Shown: positions 48,370-62,369, counted from the whole stretch's first letter. The stretch: 63,744 bases of DNA, filler included, from Octopus bimaculoides (GCF_001194135.2; 6 parts of 6 records of this genome joined end to end with filler, not necessarily neighbours in it), one strand, 5' to 3'. The notes: a model not told the origin generated them from the letters alone. Made by a program: numbers and translations.

Positions 48370-48992
48370 GTATTTGTATTTGTATATATGTGTATGTGTG
48401 TGTTAAGCTTGTTTATCGACATGAATATCAAACGCAATACAAACATATTTGGAGAAAATACATCACATTCCAAAACATGTCAATGTATCGAAAGTGTCGC
48501 AATGTGATCTGTAAGATATAAATACAGACATTCAATTTGTATTTACCATTATTGAATACTGATATACTTTTTATCCTATTAATAAAGAAGACAATGTATA
48601 TCTATGTATTTGTACTCGTATATCTATATACATGCATATATGTATATACATACATATATGCACATGCACACAAATACACAGATAGTTTACGTTTGTTTAC
48701 GGGAAACCTTTTGAATATGCAATTAAAGCTCTTATTCCATTACGCAGGCCACAGTCTAATTTTGCTGTCTGGTGAACCAGTTTTACCGGGGTTGCATCAA
48801 GTACCGATATATTGTAAGATAAATGTAGTAATAATAACAATAGTCTTCGGATGAAATTTATAAATATTAAATTGCATCACTACTCACGTTTCTGCAAGTC
48901 ATGTCTCTTAAGATCACAGCCGTAGGAATAGGAACTGTGATTGTGAAGCGATACATTAAATATTTATAAATCCCATCTAAGGATTATTGCTA

Positions 48993-49042
<50 letters not shown>

Positions 49043-49055
49043 GTGTGTGTATGTA

Positions 49056-49088
<33 letters not shown>

Positions 49089-49092
<4 letters not shown>

Positions 49093-49490
49093 AAGCGTAA
49101 GGGCCCTGGTATTTAAGGCAGCGGGCTCTCGGTTGTGGGATTGCGTTTTCAATTCACAGACCGGGCATTGTGAGTGATTATTGAACGAAAACACCTAAAG
49201 CTCTATGAGGGTCCGACAGGGCGTGGGGGTGGGGTGGCGAACCCAGCTGTACTCTTTCACCACAACTTCCTCTCACTCTTTCTTCCTGTTTCTGTTGTAC
49301 CTGTATTTGAAAGTGCCAGCCTTGTTACACACTGTGTCACGCTGAATCTCCCCAAGAGCTACGTTAAGTGTACACGTATCTGTGCAGTGATCAGCCGTTT
49401 ACACGTCATTTTCACGAGCAGGCTGCTCCGTTGATCGGATCAACTGGAAGCCACGCCGTCGTAACCGGTGGAGTGCCATGAGGACGACAT
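49089..49490 (+). repeat. tRNA-derived SINE (family C)
   Basis: tRNA-like head ggaagcgtaagggccc.ggtatttaaggcagcgg…ttcaattcacagaccgggc, then ttattgaacgaaaacacctaaagctc and tail ggatcaactggaa…gtcgtaacc.g.ggagtgcca. Confidence 0.7.
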
Positions 49491-49825
49491 ATGTATATAT
49501 TAATATAGACAACAGTATATCCATTTCAAGCAGCTCCATTTAATTGAACAATGCAATATAAGTAGCCTTCCTAATTAAGTACCTCTCAGAAACTATATTA
49601 TCCTGTATGCATTAACACTGGAAAACTTTTAAAACTTATATTATACCTCTCAGTATCTAATTAATATACAGTTACCATGTTCCATAGCCTCAATATTCAT
49701 CTAGCAAATACCAAGTATCAGTCTTTATAGATACCACCAGATATATAAATAATTTTAATTTAAATGAGTGAATTATTCAATAAATTCTATACAATCTTCT
49801 CTTCACATTTGATGATAATAAGGTA

Positions 49826-50650
49826 CTTCTCGTCTACGTTTTGATTGCAATGTCCTGTACCCAGATATGCACCTATACATACAGGTGGATGTCGGTATGC
49901 ACATACCTGTACGTATATATGCATATACTCATTTACTATTTGTTTTTACATGACTGAACGCAGCGTCTCCAATTTGTAAGTAGTTTTCGTAACTTCATAT
50001 TTTCCGACGCTACTCTATTTCTTTCTCTTCCTCTATCATTTTCGCCCCTCTCGTTCCTCCTCTTTACTACTACGTATCTCGCTTTACCCCTCTCGTTCTT
50101 CCTCTGTTACTACTACGTATCTCTTTTTCCCCTTCGTACTTCCCCTCTTTCTCTTTTCCTCTCGTTGCTCACCTATTCTTCTACTTACTTCCCTTGTTTC
50201 TCCCTCTACCACTCTCTCTCTTCCCTTACACCGGCATGGTCACATGCTTCCGGTCAATAATCCTTTTCTTCCTTGGCTATCGCCGAGCAAACACGCGAAC
50301 TACTTCGTCCCTACTTTCAAGTTCGTGCCTCACAGCGTTCATACACACATAATTTCTCCTGTCTGGCCGTATATCCTTTTCTGTTTGTTTTCCTGTCTTG
50401 TTTTTTGTCAGTCATTACATTCCTCCATGGCAAGATTTAATTTATGTATACGAATTTAATTTGCGGTCCATAGGAAGAGCCGTTTTAACGATGCGTCCTG
50501 CCCAGTTCTTCGAAACGCCGGTGTTAAAACGGTGGTAGCTGATGAAGTAGAATGTTCTCTATGTGGCTTGTGTGTTTTCTCGTCTACGTTTTGTTTGCAA
50601 TGTCCTGTACCCAGATATGCACTTATACATACAGGTGGATGTCGGTATGT
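49826..50650. repeat. Unclassified repeat family X, second copy, with its 3' ~75 bp duplicated at the start
   Basis: Homologous to 34205-34735. 49828-49900 is near-identical to 50578-50650. Confidence 0.75.
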
Positions 50651-50805
50651 ACATACCGACATCCACCTGTATGTATAAGTGCATATCTGGGTACAGGACA
50701 TTGCAAACAAAACGTAGACGAGAAAACACACAAGCCACATAGAGAACATTCTACTTCATCAGCTACCACCGTTTTAACACCGGCGTTTCGAAGAACTGGG
50801 CAGGA
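50496..50805. other. Perfect 310-bp spacerless palindrome ending at a contig gap
   Basis: Centre gtcggtatgt|acataccgac at 50650/50651; arms 50496-50650 and 50651-50805. Confidence 0.95.
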
Positions 50806-50905
50806 NNNNNNNNNNNNNNNNNNNNNNNNNNNNNNNNNNNNNNNNNNNNTTAATTAATTAANNNNNNNNNNNNNNNNNNNNNNNNNNNNNNNNNNNNNNN
50901 NNNNN

Positions 50906-50959
<54 letters not shown>

Positions 50960-51266
50960 TTCTCGTCTAAGTGGATGCAGCTTTAAACTGACTGAGGAAA
51001 TTCATTTGCATTCTCTTGCCGCTAAGTGTTACACTCAGGAAGTGAACGTGTGTGCACGTGCATACGCCGTCGCATCCTCCGCACCAGTCCACCCTCTTGA
51101 CACGCATATACTCGAGAATACATACATACTTACATATACACGCACACCCATACACATTATAGGCACTGCATATATGTGTTTCTGCTTATGTGTGTGTGTG
51201 TACATGTATGTATGTATGTATGTATATATATATTTTTCCACCTATTTATTTGTTTGAGCATATTTT

Positions 51267-51333
<67 letters not shown>

Positions 51334-51699
51334 TGCAAACACAGACGTATGTGTGCGTATATATATCTTTTTCTCAATTTTATGTATAGCACTCTTTCTG
51401 AAATAAGGGAACTGGTTTCAAATAAAGAAAAGCACCATCATCCGACTTTGGATAAGAGCAGCGATAGTTGTTACGTACCAAACATTAAGAAAGTCTTGCC
51501 TACTTCTTTTATTTTCTAAGATGTGAGTGTGAATACTGTATTCTGATTTGAGAAACAGTCGCCAGTTCAGCAGTGCTCCAACTGTTGACACTGAGGGAGC
51601 GGAATGGCAGTGTTGGTAGAATAACGGAGAAATACCGCGAAGTATTTTTCCCGGCTCCATATGTTCTAGGCTCAAATGTAGCTGTGACTTACTTGTGTG

Positions 51700-52420
51700 G
51701 TAGACTTGATCCGTGGTCTAGTGTAACAACACTACCTAGCACCTTGGGTGTCTTTAGCAATGTTCATATTGATACAATCATTCGGATCAGATCTCAGGTT
51801 TGAGGGTATCTATCTTTCACCTGCCGTCTCATAGGCTCCGTTCTGAGGCCATGCGACACTGTCTTTTCATCCTGTTTAAACGAAAGAAAAAAATGTCACC
51901 TAATTCACGGGTTTTATTTAAAACTAAGTAGTTTCAGCAACTGAAATGCACTTGTCTTAGTCCCAGATTGTGCCAGAAACATAAGTTAAGTAGATCCTCC
52001 GTCGATTTCAACGATGACTATTCCAGTTGCTTCATCAACTAAGCTACCTGCTCAGTGTATTTGAGTGCTTTGCTCCTAAGTAAAATAATCATGAAATGGT
52101 GTTACAAAGCGGGACATTTAACTTGCATGTATAATTCAAACTTCCGCATAACTGTCAACCCAACCAAATTCACGAGATTAGAGTTGATCTGGGATTTTGG
52201 TGAAAGACTCCTACTCAAAGACCATAAAGTCCTGGATCAAGTCCAAGACTCCATAGTTTGCTAATAGAAAGATATAAGCCAAATATCAATGCACAAATAC
52301 AACACGCGAGAAATGGATTACTAAAACAATCAGATTTAACTATTGAATATGTTTTAAATCCTGTTTTTGAAAAATAAAAAGGCAAACAAATTCCCAATAC
52401 TTTCATGACCCTTTTACGAC
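51700..52420 (-). mobile_element. Possible ancient non-LTR RT remnant (RTE/L2-like)
   Basis: Ordered degenerate echoes on the minus strand: GFKTYSIVKSDCF (~QxGFR..STxD), KLWSLGLDPGLY (~LWxxLxxxG), YTEQVA (~YADDVA) and VLGSVVT (~YLGSxI). Confidence 0.3.
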
Positions 52421-53344
52421 ACTATATTCTGCGATTTTCTTCTGAGGTTATAACATGAGTAGCTTTAAAAGATTGATGGAGTAGGGATATTAATGTTCTA
52501 AACTGAACATAGCTGTGTCTTTAATACATCATGTTTAAAAGAGAAGCTTTCTTCATCAACACCCCCACTGCCCACCCATACACCATACGTACGTATGTGT
52601 GTGTGTGTGTATGTATGAGTGTGTGTGTGTGTGGGTGTGTATGTGTGTAATCCTTGGGCGTACGTATGTGTGCGTGCGCGCGCATGCCAAAGGATTGCTT
52701 ATGGTACAGCATTGCGATAGACTGCCACAAATTTGTAAATTATACTTTTATGAAATAATTTTGTATGTTAGAGCATGTGGAATATCCAATTCCAAGTTCA
52801 CTATAATAAAATTTATAAACTAGGTTCGTTTGCTGAGAGCTTTGTTGAAGTATTACGGCACATGATGTGTTACAAACTGTTTTATTCGTGCTGAGTTACC
52901 CATTAAAACAATGAGAACAATAAACTTGACTGCAATGTAGTCAAGATGATCAGGCTTCACTCTTTCAAAATCTAACAACTTTGATAGCATCAGTCAATGA
53001 AGGAACCAAAAATATAATACTTCCGAGTCAATCAGTGAAGCTTACACCAAACTTTTGAAAGGAGTGTTTATTTTACCTCCAAAGATTACCGTTATATATA
53101 TATATATATATATATATAGACCCTGCTATGTCAAGATGGACTTATATATTCTTCCTCTGCTCTCTCCCACTTGGTTTTAATATGTTGCCACATTTGTAAT
53201 ATGTCTTTTTTCTACATTTTTTCGTGCAGCTGAAGATTGCTCTTCATATTGCATTTAAGGTAATGCTCACATTACTTAAATAAATTGAAGTAGCATGAAA
53301 CGTGCGTACTGCAATCACTTTTGATATCCGTGTTGCTTATTATT

Positions 53345-53388
<44 letters not shown>

Positions 53389-56300
53389 CAAACGACGAAT
53401 CCCAACTGCGCTAACTAGAACATCCGAATAGATGGAAATAAATTTGAAGCAAAAAAGCGTAATAAATATAATAAAGATATAAAAACAACGTTTCAAGTAT
53501 TTTTCTGAATTTTTATATCAAATTGACTTTGATACAGTCAGCAGAATCTTTCAGTTGAAAAATTTATAAAAAAGAAATAGCTAGATTGAATATCAAGACA
53601 TGCGCTCTGCTTCCCAATAATTAATCGTTTCAGTTCAAATGTTTATACCTTGTTTTTGTTTACATTATGATCTGAGTGGTTAACTTAAGAAAACAATATG
53701 GTGGGTGTAACCATTTAACTCATTGATGTTATCTGCCAAAATTGACGCTGAAATTAGAATGATAGTTTATTTCCCCACATATCTGAATCCTTTTTATCGT
53801 TCTTTAGAGAGGAAAACATAAACAAAGTCACGGAAGTTACATTTTCGTTCAGAATCGAACAAATTTTCACAGAGTTATCAATTGTTTTATCAAGAGATTT
53901 ATACTTGATGAGTGTAGTGTAATATAACGCGGTATCTGAAACGATTTCAAAATTTTTATGCTTTAAATGGATCGTAAGTTATGCCTCAAAGCTGAAATTC
54001 CAGTGTCCCAGTGTTTTCATATTAACTGTTTGATTTGTATCTTTCATGCATATTTTTTCCTTTTTATTAATAGGGTCTTTGTCACACCAGAATGGTCTGC
54101 TGCTAACAACACATTTCTTTGAATTCTTTGATTATTATTATTTTTTATTTGGAAAGAGTAATCTTTCAGAAATATTATATTATTAGACCAACTATGTAAG
54201 GACATTCAATATTTTTTTCCTTTATTTTCATTTATTGACACCAACTTGCAGATTTTTGCCCAACTTCTCATCTGAATTGCATAAAGGTGTTTTTAAACGT
54301 TTATATAATAGACTATTAACGCTGTATTCTCTCAAAATAATTTTATTGTCAAGAAATAGAAAATAATTCTTGAAATATTGATTTCGTATGCCTAGGCTAT
54401 AAGCCTATGTTTTGCAGAATCTGTAAATATTCGATTGAATTGTCTCCTTAGTAAATTGCTGATATTATTTTATCAAATTTGAAGAATCAAAACAAGGTCA
54501 ACCAAGTATAAATTAGAACTCGGATACTTGAGGGCAAATTTTCAATGCAAATGCAATATGTCTGCTGCTCTATATTCTTTGATATGATCACCGAATGCTT
54601 CTTTTGAGTAGATACAATGATAATCCTTTTGAGAATGTAGTAAGGTCAACTGAATTATATGTGTCACATGGCAGAAAGTAAAGCGAGCCACTTGATACCA
54701 TAAAGCATCCAGCTAACATGGCTTAGTCGTCGCTCTTAAAATACTGATTTCTATATAAATTACGGGAAAACAACTGAAAAATAATGCCACTGATACTCAT
54801 TACCCGTATATTCATAATATAAGTGGAAAACTCAAGCGCTTTTCCAAAGAAAATTGAAATTGAAGGGAATTTACCTATTGTTTCTTTTTTAATTTATTGT
54901 TTATTTTTTCCCACATTTTTCACTCTCCGCATCATGAAAAAGTATAGCAGCACAGTGATAAATTTGTAAAGAGGATATTTGTAATTTTAGGATATACTTT
55001 ATAAACTAAATCTTTCATATAGATTCCAATTAAATTGTTTAATTGTTGAACAGAGCCTATTTGAAAAGTTCTGTAAATAGTGAACCAAAGGGATCACTAT
55101 ATTTCCGCATTATTAACATGCAGTATTTAACATGTTGCTGTAAGCTTCAATGTTGGAAAGCACAGACATCAACTGGTCGTTAAAAACCAGCTACTTCCTA
55201 CTTTTTCCGAAATTTCTGATCCTTTGTTACCATAACTGTTGTTTATATGTTTGCTTCTGCCTTTGTATTATGCATATAACTTTATACTGCAAAGTACTTG
55301 TGTCATTTGCGTAAGTTTGCTACACATATTTTTCATTCTCTTTGTAACGTCCTGGAGTGTTACGCTATTTTTACAAATACTCTAATTGGCATTAACATAT
55401 ACTATATGTTGAGAAAATTTGAAAAATTGGAAGATTTGAAGAATTTGCTATTACGCAAGAAAGAATTGCTTTTAATAGCCATTGTTTACACTATAAAATT
55501 GAAACTTAGAATATGCTATAGTATTTTAAAAAGAGGCGACTGCAATCATATGAAGATATATTCAGTCGAAACATTCTCACCAAGTTGCAACTTTTATAAA
55601 TCTCTTTATGAACTTTATATCAGATTGGTATTTATCTTACAAGCATTTATCTGACTGCCTATCTATACAAGTATGGCAAATATGCAAAGAATTCATGACA
55701 TTGATTATGGCGAAAATTTTGAAGAACTGCATCTTTCATAATTATTGATAATTATCTGTGTCTACACTAATTTTCGAGGATATAATACGCTCATTCACAA
55801 GGATAAGAAAGAACATATAAAAAAAAAAAAAAAAAAAAAAGACATTGAGAAACATTCTACTTCTTATTTGAAATAACTGTAGCATGCGATATTTATAAAC
55901 GAAATTGTAATATTGAAAGTATTCAGTGTTATATTCCTTTTACAAGTCTTAATAACTTATTTTCTTCTATTGCAAATGTTTTAACTTTACACAACGCAGA
56001 CCAGTTCCAGACTTGTAGCCAACTGCTGAAAGCTTTTATCTACAAGAATATCTGAGAGCTAACAGATCGCAGCCTGGTATTTGTAAAAACAAAGCTTAGG
56101 CATTAATCAGTTATTTCCCCATCCCCACTGCTGCATGTGTGGCTCGGGGCAACCGTTTACTGCAGTAGTTTCTCTCTAATTACTTGTATTTCATAGACCC
56201 TTGCCAGCCGAAGCTGAGAAGCTGCATTTGCTTTTGCCAAGAGAAGCTGAATATTGCTTTACATTCGGTCGCTATACTATTCACGATATTCCTTGTAACG

Positions 56301-56439
56301 ACTACAAAAAATTTGAGAATCAATGTCTTACAGAAGATAATTTAAATACAGATTTTCATTATTTACTGCCAGTAAAATGAATACGTATATTATATCTGAA
56401 TACACCATAGAAGAAAACGAAAATTAATTCGATGGCTGT

Positions 56440-56850
56440 ATGGAAGAAGCATGCATTGCAAACACATGGTTTCACGTTTAGGCCCCCTGGACAAATGTCT
56501 TCTACTATAGCCCCAGGTCGGCTAATGCTGTGTAAGAGAATCTGGTCGATAGAAACTGTGTGGAAGCCCATCGCGTGTATGTTTGTGTGTGTGTGCGTGT
56601 GTGGGAATGTGTACGTGTGTGAGAATGTGTGTATGTGTGTGCTTGTGTGTGTGTTTATCTCTTAGCGCTTGACAACCGGTATTGGTTTGTTAACGTCCAC
56701 GTAACTTAGCGGTTCAGCACAAAAACCGATAGATTAGGTATTAGACTCAAAAATAAGTACTGGGGTCGATTCATTCGACGAAAACCCATGAAGGCAGCGT
56801 TCCTGCACGGCTGCAGTCCAATGACTGCAATAAGTAAAAGAGAAGTGAAA
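56440..56850 (+). repeat. SINE family B, diverged
   Basis: cacatggtttcacgttt…gacaaatgtcttctactatagcccc…cgcttgacaaccgg.attggttt…taacttagcggttc…aataagtactggggtcgat. Confidence 0.8.
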
Positions 56851-58657
56851 TGATCCATTCGGTTACATGATTAGCACATTAACATTATAGTTCTGGAGAG
56901 ACATAACAAAAATTCATAGTGATTATTAAAAATAATTATTAATTTAAAACTTTACGAAAGATTGACCTAATCGTCAGAGTGTCGGACAAAATGTCTTGCT
57001 ATATTCAGTTACAGTCTTTTATCTTCTGAATTTATTCCTACCGAGGCCAACAACCTTCATGGATCGATAATATAAGGTTCTAGTATAGTGCTGATATAAG
57101 CATGAACAGTTATACCACGCTCAGAACATTTTAAAACCTTGTACCAATGTTAGGAATTAGTGTTAATCTAAAGTATCTGAACATATTTTAAATGAGTAGT
57201 CTTTACGAGCAACAACAACAATGACAAAAACAACAAAATCAACAACATTGACCAGAGAGTTTCAATGTTTCTGCATCTGCTTAAAATTAATGCTTCAAAC
57301 ATTAAGTATGCAGATATTGGGACAGTTAATGCATAACGATATTAAAGATCTTTCAAACTATACTATATAGCTACACACAACCAAACACTAATCTACATCA
57401 TATTACCTCGGTGGATAACCAGGCAGATAACGTATGACAGAACTGACTTAAGAGTCGGTGATTTGTTACCCGTCCTCCGGAGTTGTGTTGTAGCCATGAC
57501 CAAAGCACAACAATCAAAAATGGTGCAGCTCCTTCTGTGCATACAATTTCACACCAAACTGGTAGACATTTGAACTTGCTGGAGATAAATGAAGAACTGA
57601 TCGGATATTAAAATAGGAAACTGTAGTAAATAATGTTATACAACAAGAATTAAGCTTCAACAGAGTCGAATCCTCAAGCAGTTTTATCAGTTTCAATATT
57701 TGACTGAAGCCATTTCATTACACTTTCACTGCTAAAGATGTTGCGAACGTTACATAATATCATTTCTCCTAAATATATAAAAGTGACGTTGTGACTAAAT
57801 CAAGAAATCAATTCTAGAGAAAGCTTCTGTAATTTTCGTGATCATTAAAACTAACAAATTCAATGATATGATCAATGATACTCCTCACACAAAACCTGTG
57901 GCCTGTTAGAAATCAGTATGATGTGTGGTGTGGGTGGTGGTGGTGGAGGGGTGGTGGTTTAGGGAGTTGGCAAAATGGTATGAGCGTCGGACGAAATATC
58001 CTGTTGTATAAATATATTCGAATTTTAAATCTAGTCGATGTCAGCATTGTCTTTCATTCTTCTAGTATCGATATAATGAAGTTCCAAAATGCTAGTGGGA
58101 TCAAAATAATCGGCGAATACTACTTCCTGAAAAATTGAAGAACCGTGTTAAGAATCAATGTTAATTGAAAGTATTTGGACATATTTTAAGTGGGCGGACT
58201 TCACGAACTAAGTTTTCTTTTCTTTTGTATTCTTCCTTTCTACTGTACCCAGTTGATAAAAGGTAGCCAGTCCTATCCTATCAACTAATGCAAACACATA
58301 CTGAATGATGTGAGGCAGGGTAATAAAGCTGCAGGTTGAAGATTGCTAAGTTCTACAATGAATTTTCTGTTAAATGAAGCGAGATGTTAGAAAAACATGA
58401 TTTCTTTGATGACCGGAAATTATCTTTTGTTACTCCAAGCATAAATTGCTACTCCGTTAGACACATTTCTTTTTGGCTGAAACTATAAACATAATGGCAT
58501 TAATTCAATTAACCTCATTCTTAGACCCATTTACCTGAATATTTCTTGGAACCAATAAGGTATTTAGGAAATGCATAAAATTACTTATAACATGTAAATA
58601 GATGTAAACAGAAAAAAAAGGAAGCCATATTGGCCGTTAGGTTAACTAGATAAAATC

Positions 58658-58693
<36 letters not shown>

Positions 58694-58727
58694 GCATATA
58701 TATGTATAATGTATATAACCATACACG

Positions 58728-58761
<34 letters not shown>

Positions 58762-59307
58762 NNNNNNNNNNNNNNNNNNNNNNNNNNNNNNNNNNNNNNN
58801 NNNNNTTAATTAATTAANNNNNNNNNNNNNNNNNNNNNNNNNNNNNNNNNNNNNNNNNNNNTTCCATGCTGAGGATTGTGGATAACATCCACAGTTATTA
58901 TTAATTTGCCTGTTTTAACGGGAAGATCACTGTTTGTTCGGAATACAACAATAGGTAAACATTGAGAATATGGATGAGGGGAATGTAGGATCTGTTTTTG
59001 CCTTTTCTTCCAGCCGCTCGTATTTTCTTAAATTTTAATCTGAAAAGTTTTTAAAAAACGTCTTTTTACGTAGTTTTATTCGCTGCTGACGAAAATTGTA
59101 TTCATTTTTTTTTTCTTTCGAAAAATTAATTTTAAAAATTGAAGTTAGAAGTATTAAAAGTTACATGTTTTTAGCCATTGAATTTTAACCAATGTTTTCG
59201 CAGCTGAAGTCAAAGCTGTTTGTTGTCATGGCAACTACAGTGTATCATTTGTTTATCCAGATTGGTGTGGGTGAGAGAATTGACAACTTCTAGGTTCTTA
59301 TAAGTAG

Positions 59308-59880
59308 GAATTAGGGATTTGTATCACTACTGTAGTAGACTATAGAAATTATTTACGGGAGAGTTGCACAAAAGATTTGCTCGGCAATCCAGTGAAGGTT
59401 GATAGTTCTGGCAGAATTGTTGAAGCAAACCAAACTGTATTTTCGAGACGAAAACACAACAACCGGGCTCCGGATACTACGCGAATGTGGGTTTTCGCCA
59501 GTGTATGTCGCGAAACATGAGAAGATTCTTTTTTTCCTTTTCACTGTGTCTTCTTGTAATTGTGACACAGTCGAAGATTGCTTTCGACAATCAATTCTGC
59601 CGGGAACAATTATTCAGTGATCTGTGGTACGCATACTCGCATTTTCCTGAGATACCATGCTAACGCTTTCGCCATAGAATGGTGAAGCGCAGCACTAACT
59701 TTGTAAACTCGCAAGACAAGATCCATACCCAACAAGGAGAAAGAATTTGGGCCTGTCTCAAACGATGGAATAAACGACACTGTTGCACTCATCGTTCTAC
59801 ATTGGACCTTGCGAGTTTATGTGGCACCACATGAACAAAACATGAGAATTCTTCGAAAAAAATATTGTTTTATTTCTTCA
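59308..59880 (+). mobile_element. Merlin-superfamily (IS1595/ISXO2-like DDE) transposase pseudogene
   Basis: ELGICITTVVDYRNYLRESC…GRIVEANQTVFSRRKHNN…MWVFASVCRET*, QSILPGTII/SDLWYAY, HRMVKRSTNFVN…IHTQQGERIWACLKR and CEFMW, with stops and frameshifts. Confidence 0.85.
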
Positions 59881-61949
59881 TAATTAACATTCCATGTGTT
59901 TTCCTTTCATTTTGGCTGTTATTTCTAGCTAATCGAAAGCATGGCCTGAGATTAAGAAAATAATATTACTCTAAATGTATATAAATATAAATCTTCAAGT
60001 GTTTGGAAGAAAACGAAAAAGATCCAGAGTGGCTTTTCATACTAAATCCATGTACATGGATGGGTAATATCTCAGTTTAGATAAGATAATCTAGGTAAAT
60101 GGACTCCTGAAGCTAAATGGTGAAAGCTACTAATGAAGCCAGCTGGATAAAATTAAAGGAGAAAAATTTACATGAAGCCGCTAAACAAGATTAACAATAT
60201 AAATCTTGAGCGGTGAGGAATGAATTTTACAACATAACAATTTAGAATTAAAAGTGATCTGTATATCGTTGTGTTCCCTATTTTTCATGTAGCTCGATTG
60301 AGGTATTGTGGGCTAAGTTGTCTTCTATGAAACCTCGTAATATGTGAAGAGTTAACCTTCCCTTCAGTTGAATGAATTAATATCCTACAAACTGAGATAA
60401 TTGTAAATCAAGTTAGGGAAAGAATCAACTGTAATTTAAAAATATATAATTGGCAATAAAAGCAAAAGTTTTAGGGCGAAGGAAATATTAATGAAAGAAC
60501 AAAATATATAAATCTAATATCATAGAATGTCATATTTTAGACATTCTATATTCATTTGTCGTGTTTTTTTTACAATTAGAAGACTTCAAATCTACAAAAA
60601 AATAATATATGAATTCAAGGGAGACAATGTACTTTAATATTAAGTAGTGTCAATCTTTATACATGTCAGTTTATATTTGTCGTCTCTGAAGTATGCTGGA
60701 AATGTACAGAAAATAAACTACGTAAATACAAGTAATACAGTTAAGACATTACTCAGCATTCAACAAGTCACACACACACACACACCGGTATTTCGCAGGT
60801 AAGTTGTTAGATGCAGGAGGAAAGAGAGAGAGAGAGAAAGTTGTGGCGAAAGAGTCAGCAGAAGTTCGCCATTACCTTCTGCCAGAACCGCGTGAAGCTT
60901 AGGTGTTACACTCATAAACACACACATCGCCAGTGTGAGATTCGAGCCCACGATCCCTCGATTCTAACCACTAAGCCATGTGCCTCTACTAAAAGCATAT
61001 AATAAATTATTTAAAACATAAAACGTTGCATTAATTTATAGCTTCTGAAATTTTAGTAGACGTTTTGCAAAGGTTATGGAGTTAGCTCCCTTGATAGAGA
61101 AAATCCTCTCCCTTTTTTGTTTACGTTATTACAGACCTAGCTAGACGAATGAAGATTTTTAAAATTCCATTTATTTGCCGGAAAATATTTAATTGGTCAC
61201 ATTGTTCTTTGTGCACGCAATAGTTATTTTGTATTTACTAATAATGTATATTACACTAATTAGAAATTAAGATTTTCTTTTTTTGTTATTGAGAAAACGT
61301 CGAATATATTTTCACGTTTCAATCTTCTACAAAATATCACTGTGCTACTATGTCATCACTTTATTGCTTCATCGGCATGCTAATGACCAAACCCTTATAC
61401 ATGTGGTCAAGGACTAAGGTGACGTTTCCTAGAGCGGACAAGAAGTCCAGGACTGGCAAAAAACGTTCTGTTTAATGTGGGAATGGATGCAAATCTTTGC
61501 AGCATCGAAGATCTCTTGCATTATTTCTTCCGGCTCCTTACGTCCTGACATCGAAGACAACTTTGCATCTAATCTTCCCAAGGTCAATAAAATAGAGTCA
61601 GTCAATTACTCAAGCCTGCAATAATCAACTAGGGTCACTCATAAAATTATTGGCCTTGTATTAAAATAGAAACGGTAACTGCGAAATATATTCTGGCTTT
61701 GGAAATTTAACATTTGATTTCATTGTCGTTGTTAGACGACAGAGAGTAGATCCAGGGAATGCGAAGCTGTCAGTGATCTACAGAGCGTAATTTTGTTTAG
61801 ATTGTGATATTATAAGTGAAGGTGAAGCTGTTCAAGCCTTTCCGAATGTNNNNNNNNNNNNNNNNNNNNNNNNNNNNNNNNNNNNNNNNNNNNTTAATTA
61901 ATTAANNNNNNNNNNNNNNNNNNNNNNNNNNNNNNNNNNNNNNNNNNNN

Positions 61950-61980
<31 letters not shown>

Positions 61981-61999
61981 TATGGTATATATAGTGGCG

Positions 62000-62215
62000 T
62001 GTACAAGTGTGTATGTTTGTGTGTCTTTGTGCTTGTATACGTTCCCCACATACACCGTTAGTCAACCGATGCTGGTCTGTTTTATGTCCCCGTAACTTAA
62101 AAGGTAAAAGCGACAGGTAGAACTAACAAAATTAACTACAAAAAAAGTAAGAACTTGTATGGATTTGTTCGACCGGACGAGGTCCAATGACTAAAACGAA
62201 TGGAAAGAATAAAGA
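62000..62215 (+). repeat. SINE family B 3' half, diverged
   Basis: gtcaaccgatgctggtctgttttatgtccccgtaactta…aatgactaaaac. Confidence 0.65.
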
Positions 62216-62369
62216 AAGATAGCAAGTTTCTGGGCGAAAATTGGAAGGACATAGCTGAGGATCGACGACCCAGCTATCCATCGTTTGGGGGAATTTTAAT
62301 TCAACAAATTCCGCATTACATTGTAATATTACCAAAGCAGACCACTTCTTGTACAATATGAAACAGCTG

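Noticed and set aside
53272-53496. Minus-strand ORF with a hydrophobic, signal-peptide-like start (MKRCFYIFIIFITLFCF…)
   Set aside because: AT-rich composition explains the hydrophobicity; the frame runs through an (AT)n tract and has no splice support.
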